Notes under the pieces: generated by a model
The model's input: only the letters and a program-made list of their open reading frames with translations
Told to the model about the DNA's origin: nothing
Databases searched by the model: none
Shown here: positions 55,638 to 63,649 of the stretch, one piece after another
Position numbering within the stretch: position 1 is the stretch's first letter
Layout: each line of letters begins with the position of its first letter
Position numbers and translations under genes: made by a program
NCBI GenBank assembly: GCA_004431415.1
Contig: QPMI01000135.1
Location: forward strand, 1 to 63,649
Source: Cyanophora paradoxa CCMP329
Lineage: Eukaryota; Plantae; Glaucophyta
DNA length: 63,649 bases
Reading direction: 5' to 3'

Positions 55638-58600
55638 GATCAGAAACGGAGACCCTTCATCGACTTCGAGGCTTTATGGGGTGAATTTTACGAACTAACG
55701 AATTAAGAGTTAACGGGTTCGGAGTTATGCAACGTTGAACAGCTTTCGGGCTTCGAAGAACACAGATGAGAGCGGCCCGGCGCCGGCCCCGGGCCCGGGG
55801 GCGGAGGGGCGCACGTGCGCGGCGGGGAGCGGGGCGGCCGGGCCCGCGTGCCCCTCCCCGCGGCCGGCGGCACCTCGGCCCCGCGGGCACAGCCCCAGCC
55901 CGAGGCGGCCGGGAGAGGGGCCCGGCCCGGCCCGCGGCGCCGGCGGCTGGAGCTCGGCGCCGTAGAGGGGCCCCGGCGCGGGTAGCCCCGGACCCAGAGA
56001 CCGTCGTGGAGCCGGCCGCCTGCAGCTGGCGCCTGCGCGATCGGAGGCGCCGCGCGCCCCGTCGGGCCCCGGAGCGCGGCGCGGTGCGGGCACGTGCACC
56101 GGCGCGTCCCAGGCCGCGACTCCAGCGTCCTCCGCGCACACGCAGCCGCGGCGAACGCGTGCCGCGGGACTTCGAAGGCGCGCCCGTCGGGCCGAGGGCC
56201 AAGCGTGCCAGGCGTGCGGTCTCTTCGATGTAGCTCGCGGTCCGCCTGCGGCTGAGCCTTTGAGACACTCGCATGCGCGGGCGGGCGCGCTTTCGCGCAC
56301 CTGGATTCCATGGCAAGCCGCAGGGCTGAGCGAGGTCGTTTCGAACTTCGGGACTTCGGGACTCGGTCACGGCTCAGCGAGAGCTGGCGTGTTGCTTGGT
56401 GAAAACTTCGAATTCCGTGTTGCTCGGTGCACAGCTCCGGATCCACAGAGGCAGCTGCAGCTCCTTTGTGTTTGCTTACCCCTAATTTAGGACTACGGCT
56501 ACCCCCATTGCCAGCGTCGGAAGCGTCCGATCGTCGGCGCTGCGTCGCTGAGCGCGCTTTCATCACAGCAACAGCGTTTTGCTATTGAATTCGATCGAAT
56601 TCGAAGCGCGCTGCCGCTGCTCACCGCCAGCGACTTCGCTTCGGCGCCACGCGAGGGAGCCTCTGCTTTTGCGGCGCTTTGCCCCTGCAGCGACCTGCAA
56701 CTCTCAGACCAGGCAGCCATACGTATAGCTACGGCTCCCCGCACCCGCACGGCTCCGACGCAGAAGGAGGCTCAAGCTCCCCGCATCCGCACGGCTCCGA
56801 CGCAGAAGGAGGCTCAAGCTCCGGTTCTGCAGAGCGCGCAATCAGACTTGTGGTTCGTCCCGCCTGTCCCTCCTTTCCCCTGAAGCTTCTTGATCTTCGC
56901 TACGCAGTTCACGTTTGCGCTAGTGTCTTGCTTCTTCTTCTCTTTCGCGGCAGGCGCCAACGCCACACCCGCCCGCCGCGGGCCCCGGTCAGCGGCGCCC
57001 GCCCCCTCCGCCCGCCTGGTTTGAGGACACGCGGAGCCCTTCGCCCACTCCTGCTCGCTCGCTGCAGGGGAGGCCCCGAGGAGGCGGCGGCGGAGGAGCC
57101 GCTCTGGCCGCCGCCGGCCGGGTCGAGCCTCTGCTGCGGGCCGTGGCGGGGCTCCAGCTCCGCGCGGGCGGGGTGGCGGCGGCGGCGGACGTCTCCGCGG
57201 AGCGCCTCGCGGCCAAGCTCGCGTCGTCTGAGCGGGTAGGGCCGTTTCCCCCTTCCCCGCCGCCACCCCCCCCCCCCCCCCCCCCCCCCCCCGCTCCCCC
57301 CCCTCCCTCTTCCGCCCCGCTCGAGCTTCCGTTCGTTTCGCCGACCTGCGCCGGCGCGTTGCGGCGCAGGTGCTGCGCGCTGTGCGGGCGGAGCTGACGC
57401 GCTTCTCGGCGGCGGCGGGGCGGTGGCCGGCGCCTCGGACGCCTCGGACGACCTCGTCGGCGTCGTCTACACGTGGTGCGCCCCGCCCGCCCGCTCGCCG
57501 CCCGCCGCCGGCGCCCTCGGCGACGCCGTGCGACGCCTCGAGCTCGGCCGCGGCCGCAGGCGAACGGAAGCGACCCGGCGTGGGCGCGGCGGGCGAGGCG
57601 CACAAGGCGGAGCTCCGGGTCGCGAGCAGCAGCAAGCCCGCGAACGGCAAGCCGCTGAGACAGGCCACAACAGCCACAACAGGTGGGCGCCCCGCGTCGA
57701 CGTCCGGGGCGCCCTCCGTGCAAACGTCGAACGTGCCCGTGCAGGCGGCGGAGACGTGCCCCGACGCCCTCCGCGCCCAGGCACGCCGCGCTTCCGCTCC
57801 AAGGAGGTGCGCTTCCCCGTACCCCTACCATTCCTTCCCCCTCGATCTCCAACGCCCTTGCACGCGCCCCGCAGGATGCGCACCTCCTCGTCGAGCGGTG
57901 CGCAGAGGAGTCCCTGCGCGCCGTCGCGCCGATCCATGGTGCCCCGTGCCCCTTCTGCGCTCCTTCCGCCCTCCCGTTGAACCCGGTACCCAGGGACGGG
58001 ACGGGACGGGGCGCTGGACGGGGGCGAGCCGGAGGCGCTGCCGGGCAGCTGAGGGCCTCTCCCTGCACCGGCCGGCGGCGGGGCGGCGCGGGGCCGGGAC
58101 AAGGAGAAGGAGAAGGCCGCTGGGGAGGCCCTCGCGGCCCTCCTCCGGTGCGCAGCCGACCTCCGCGGCGAGGTGCGCCCCTTCTTCCATCCCCTCCCTC
58201 CCCGCTCCTCAAGCCGATGTCGGGTGGAGCGGCGGGGCAGGCGGCCGCTCTCCGCGCTTCCAGGGGCGCCCGGGCCGCGAGGACAGTGGCCCGCCCCGCG
58301 CCCGAGCCCTCCTTCCCGTTCGCCGCTACTACCCATCCCCCCCTTACCCAGCCGAACGTGTACCCAGCTGGAGGACGCGCTGGCGCCGGCCCCGCGCTCG
58401 GCGGTGCACGCGGCGGCGGCGCTGTACGGCCCTGCGCGCGCCGGCGCCAAGGCGAGCTGGCCCCTGCTCGCCGCTACCAGGCGACCCGGAGCGCGAGTGG
58501 CCGGGCGGGGTGCGGGGACGCTGCCGGGGCCCAGCTCCCAAGCTGGAGGCGGACCACCTCCGCACCATTCGCGCTCAAGGCCGTCCGAGAGAACCAGCTT

Positions 58601-61600
58601 TTGGGGAGAACCAACTAGCTCCGAGTTGCCGCCCCCGGAACACATGATAGGAGCCAGCCTGTCCGGCCGCCTCTGGAGCTCGTCCTCTTTGCAGTCACGC
58701 GCCATGAGAAGGTGAGAACCGCCCTACTGCATATACAACCGCAGCTGCTTACTGCAGACCTGCCGCAGTTCCGCGTATTCGGAGGCCTTAGCGCAGACGA
58801 CCTGGCGGCGGAGAGACTCTACTCAGTGACAAGTGCGATGTGGAACCACTTCAATCTTAACGAGGCCACACTGGAAGAATGGGACGCGCGCATCCGCCTA
58901 TAGTTGAGCGCAAGCTCAAGACAGCGGAGAGAAGAAAGAAAGTGAGCCCGCGAGACAGCGCTTGCACACTTCTCGCTCACTAATCGCGCTACAGAACAAC
59001 CCGAAAACAGGGCTGGAGACCCAGGAAACCAAGAGGAGGCGAGGTGGCAGACAGCGGTACGGCCACACCGGGCCCGCGCGCTGCCGAATCTGACCGCAAT
59101 GGCAGACGTGACGAGCTCACGAAAGCCTCAACTCGCTCCCCGGTCCACGCAAGTCCGCCTCAGCGGGGCCGGAGGCCAGCGCGCCATGAAAGCCCTCATG
59201 CACGGTGCGCGGCGCACAGCGAGGTTATATGATACATGTAGTCGCACATCTGATACCTGTGTAGGCAAAGCGGGCAACCCGCGGCGCGGCGCCCTCGCCG
59301 AACGCGCAAGCGAAGGCCCTGGCGACGCTCAGGACCAAGTCCACGCCGCGGTCACCTCCTCGTCGTACAGGGCGGAGTTCTACATAGACGACGTGGAGGC
59401 CATGACGAAGAAGCACATGACGGACCCGAGGCCAGCACCTGGCTGTACGAGCTGTGTCAGGCGCGGGCGATCGGTTTCTTGGCTGACTCGGCCAAGACGA
59501 GCACTTTCGCGCATCACCGCACCGTACAGATCGCCCTCAAGTCAAAGGACGACCAACTGAAGCTCTTCGGAGTGCCACGATGCGACCCATCTTCGTCGTC
59601 AGAGTGTACCCCCAGTTAGCTTAAAGGGGACACTCTCTAGGTTTCATGGGACCTGCGTCCGTACACAGATTGGCCAAACCAGTTGAAACCACGCACTCTA
59701 AGGAGCCCGGAGTGGCAGAAATCCTTGTTCAATCACGAATAATGATTGTAGACAAGCTCTGTAGGTCGGCGCCGCGGTCGGGCGGATGCACGAGCTCCAC
59801 CCGGTCCGATGTCCGAAAGGCTTAGTCCCGTAGGTTCATCTCTCGACTTGACACAGATGGACACTCAGTTATACCTCTAGCCATTTGTCTCGGTGTGTGC
59901 GAATTCATTGATATGGTCGGGCGGACGCGCGCTGGCACGTACGGTCACCTGGAACCGATTGGCCGAAAGACTGAGGGGGTACAGGTCATGTTTGACCTTT
60001 GACTTAACAGAAGCGATGACCACGCAGAAGAAGAAGAATGAATCGAAGCTCCGCCGGCCGCGGATCCGGACCGTGGCGCGCGCGGGGGGCGGGCCACATG
60101 ACCAGGGGTACAAGGATCGACTCAGCTCGAGCTGCGCAGGAGCTCGAGCTGCAGCTGCAGCGCTCAGTGCGCATGCTGCGTGCGTAGCCTGCAGCTAGCG
60201 CTAGCTATAGGTGGCCACGTTCGCGCGCGCGCGTTCCGCGATGTGTCCCGCATGCGCACGGCGACGCAGCACAGCGCAGCGATAGCGGCCCGTGCGCGCG
60301 TGGCCAGCCGCGGCGCCGACGTTCGTCCTCAGTCATGATGAGCGCATCGCGCGCCGCAATGGTCGGCCAGCCAGCATGGCCGTGCGCGGCGCGGGAACTG
60401 TTCGCCGCGGCAGCAGCCGCGAGCTAGCGCTCGCCGCTGTTGCGGCAGCTCTGCCAGCCTTGCATGCGGAACGACTACGAAGCAGACCCGCCAGCCTCGG
60501 AATGGCCCCCTGCCCTCGATATGCCCTTACTCGAGCAGGTGTGTGCGCAGTGAAATTTTGCAATTGTAGCGATTCAGTTTGTACACGCGATACAGTCACA
60601 GAATTATAATTATTCGCTTGCAAATTCGAATATTAATTCGTTTTCAATAAGCTCAGCAGTGAGTGGGGGCGTTGCGCGAACAAGGTGCAGATCGACTGGC
60701 GGACTTCCAGACGCAGAGGAGGCTGAAGTGCTGAAGTCCTCACTCTCATGGGAAGCGCATCATCTGTTGCACTCAGTGTTTCATTGTCCGACTTGAGACA
60801 CTGAATTCCCCTTTAAATTAATGCCGGCAGTGTTTACTGTCGCGCTGCAGCAACATATTACTGCGACAACCGCGGCGGAAGAAGGGGCAGCACGGCGGCG
60901 GAATGAAGGTCGTTTCGCGCCCAGAACGTGGAGGATGTCTGCTGGTTCGTGATCATTCTGCATATTCCGATGTGTATTCCCCTTATAATTAACTTGGCAA
61001 ATTAGTACGGGTTGAATCTCTACCGAACCGTAAAGAAGTTATTTTGCATATAGGAAGCCGGGGCGGGCAACCAGTTCTACATCGTCCGCCTCACGTTGTG
61101 TATTGGCACTTCGATGGCTTGCAAGTACAATATCTGTTAAACGGAACGCGCTCACGGTCTATTCGCTGCGGGCGAACACCTGAAGAGATTAAAGCTTATG
61201 TACGGGACTGGTGCATCATGATCAGCACGGGGACTGTATTGTGGTATTTATTGAATTTTATTCGCTTAATACTTGTTTGTTTACCCGTGCTGCGACTTTA
61301 GCTCCTGGGACGAGGGGCGGACCAGCAGATTTTCAGCGCCTTGTTGAGGCCATAGAGCGGAGGAGCACGAGCGCGAAGAATGTGAGCAGCAGGAGCGAGA
61401 GCGCTTCAAGGCCGATGCAACCAACAGCCACATGTACCTATGCCGACGCCCCCCGACGTCGAGTGTGATGGCGACCTGCACCTGCCGCCATGAGCTCGAG
61501 CAGGAACGGCACTGCGGCCCCTCCCACATGACGAGGTGACAGCTGCTCCGATGCACCTGTGTCGAGGAAGATGCGGAGGCACTGGAGGGTTGGCCGATGG

Positions 61601-62000
61601 AGCCTGATCAAGTGCGCCGAGTCCTCTCGGCTGTCATCGGCGCCCTGTCCTGCAGCCCCGTCAGCATTCGCACTTCTGAAGATGGCAAACGAGGAGGCGC
61701 GCACCATTCCTCTACCAACACGAAGCTGCTGAAGGACGAGGAAGAGAAGGAGAGCCATGTGATTCGTGTGGCTGCACCACTAGGTAATTATTCAAACGTG
61801 GACAACTTTTCAATTGAGCGACTCACGGACGTGCATGCAGGCGACACGGCCTTCTTCTGTCCACGTCCGTTCGCATCACCATCCACGAATACTGCAAGTA
61901 CACATGTATGCCAACGTGCGTATGCAGACGTTTCTATTAGCCCTGCAATTTCGGCGAAGCCTCTTCGGGCGAGCCTCTTCGGGCGAAGCCTCTTCCGAAT

Positions 62001-62294
62001 GTCAATGGTGAACGGGCGGATCTATTTTTTTCCACTCGAGTCGATTGGTCCGAGCGTCCAGAGTCGCAACCTCCGCAATGAAGGCGAACGGTCTCCGACG
62101 TGACACAGTGAACTGACAGGCGGCCAACCCCACTGATTTATTTTCGCAGTCATAGCTCCCCTAAAATTCCGCCCGTGAGCGTCGCGCGAAAATCGCATTT
62201 CCCTCACGGATCAATTCCGGTATTTATACCCCGGCTCGATCGCGAAACCCCAAAAAGTGGGAACCGGTCCCGCCCGGTCCCGCGACGAAAGGCC
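62001..62294. repeat. Diverged ~300-bp direct repeat, copy 1
   Basis: Aligns by eye with 63343-63649 (ATGGTGAACGG...GTCCGAGCGTCCAGA...GCGAAAATCGCATTTCC...AAAAAGTGGGA). Confidence 0.85.
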
Positions 62295-63342
62295 GCCATA
62301 GACGCCCCAGAGCGATGCAGAGTTACAGATTAGGGCGCGCACATCACCATGAGCTCGATTTCGGCCGCCGTCGATGCTCCAGTGCGAAGAGTCGGCCGAA
62401 ATTTCGACCCAGCCGATCCCGCCCGGTCCCACGACGCGCGCAATCGATGCGTTCTCGCGCGCATAGACATAGCACGGCCTGCGCACTCCAGGAATCCGCT
62501 TCTCGGAGCCGGAACAGTGCAGGAAGGTACCCAGCGGCAAAAATTCGATCCTGCACAGTCCCGGGCAACTTTCCGCGCGCCGACGCCGCGGCGCATGCGC
62601 GGAACAATAGCATATGCATTCGAGATGTAGACGAAGCCTTTTGCACGGGCTCCAAATGCGCCGGCCGCGAGGACCCAGCCGACCCCGAAAATTCGATCCT
62701 GCACGAACCTGCACATCTTTTCGCGCGCCCTCGCAGCCCCACGCATGCCCATCGCTACAGTATTCATTTAACATCTTTTCAAAGCCTTCTCCAAGCTCTG
62801 CGGACGCGACGAAAGCACGAGAACCCAGTCGTATTTCCGCGCGCCCTCGCCTCCGCAGCCCTGGACATGTACATCGATCATGTATGTATCCGAGAATCTG
62901 TTTAAACGATTCATAAGCTCTGTGCATGCGCCTGGCCGCGAGAACCTCGCCCCTTCCCTCAACATCTTCTCTCAATTTCCTCAGGGCCTCGAGCTCAACT
63001 ACAGCTAGCTATAGCTGATTGGCAGGACCACTCCTCCCCTTCATTATATTCTCTCTCAGCTGCACCAATTCTCCGTATTACAGAATTATATTCTCTCAGG
63101 ACAACTCCTGTCAGGCCCGCCACTGAGAGCCACGACAGCACACGATCGCGATAAATAAGGGGACCAGGACGGGGACCGCGGCGATAAAATAAGGGACCAG
63201 GACGGGGACCGCAGCGACTCATGATTTAAATAGGGCATGGCGAGGGGCGGGCCGCGACGGGTCGCGATGCAAAAGGGGGGCGCAAAGGGGCGGCAAGGGC
63301 TTCGCCCGATGTTTGGACCCGCAGGGCCCAGGGCTGTCCGTA

Positions 63343-63649
63343 GGTCGATGGTGAACGGCCCCATCTATTTTTTTTTCCACCGCTCTATGATTCGTCCGAG
63401 CGTCCAGATCGCAACCTCCGCAAGGCGAACGTCTCCGACGTCACACAGTAGAACTTTCGGCGGCCAACCTCCACTGATTTATTTCGGAGTCATAGCTCCC
63501 TAGAATTTGCTCAAGACGACCGCTCTCCCATTGGCGTCGCGCGAAAATCGCATTTCCATGACGGATCGATTCCGGTATTTTATACCACGGTTCGATCGCG
63601 AAACTCCAAAAAGTGGGACCGGTCCCGCCCAAACCCGCGACGAAAGCCC
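63343..63649. repeat. Diverged ~300-bp direct repeat, copy 2 (runs off the window end)
   Basis: See copy 1; spacing is ~1.34 kb. Confidence 0.85.

Noticed and set aside
55900-61800. Coding-like fragments (e.g. 58712-58903, 59099-59560, 61044-61301) as transposase remnants
   Set aside because: No recognisable catalytic motif, TIR or TSD.

Overview
Eukaryotic chromosome (or linear replicon) end from a very GC-rich, intron-rich genome. It begins with ~4.8 kb of (CCCTAA)n telomere. This is followed by a ~41-kb block (~6.9-48 kb) that reads like a virus- or plasmid-derived selfish replicon. The block carries a ~5.6-kb AEP primase + UL9-type SF2 helicase fusion gene, an intronless TFIIB, a 9-exon histone H3 variant with CenH3-type signatures, a Skp1/BTB-like protein, two RING proteins, a probable beta-propeller, an intron-rich AAA+ ATPase and two Slx1-like GIY-YIG nucleases (one degenerate). 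Four large repeat fields are built on one shared motif (GGARACTCGCC, plus GTACCCC) arranged back-to-back like iterons or baculovirus hr origins. A 4.1-kb 5'-truncated LINE with an Ulp1-like protease sits at the start codon of one RING gene (12-13 bp TSD). Right of ~48 kb the motif disappears and the sequence looks like host DNA (RWP-RK gene, unidentified multi-exon genes, dispersed repeats). Many 1-bp frameshifts may be long-read consensus errors. No capsid, integrase or DNA polymerase gene was recognised. All domain calls come from reading motifs by eye, not from database searches.
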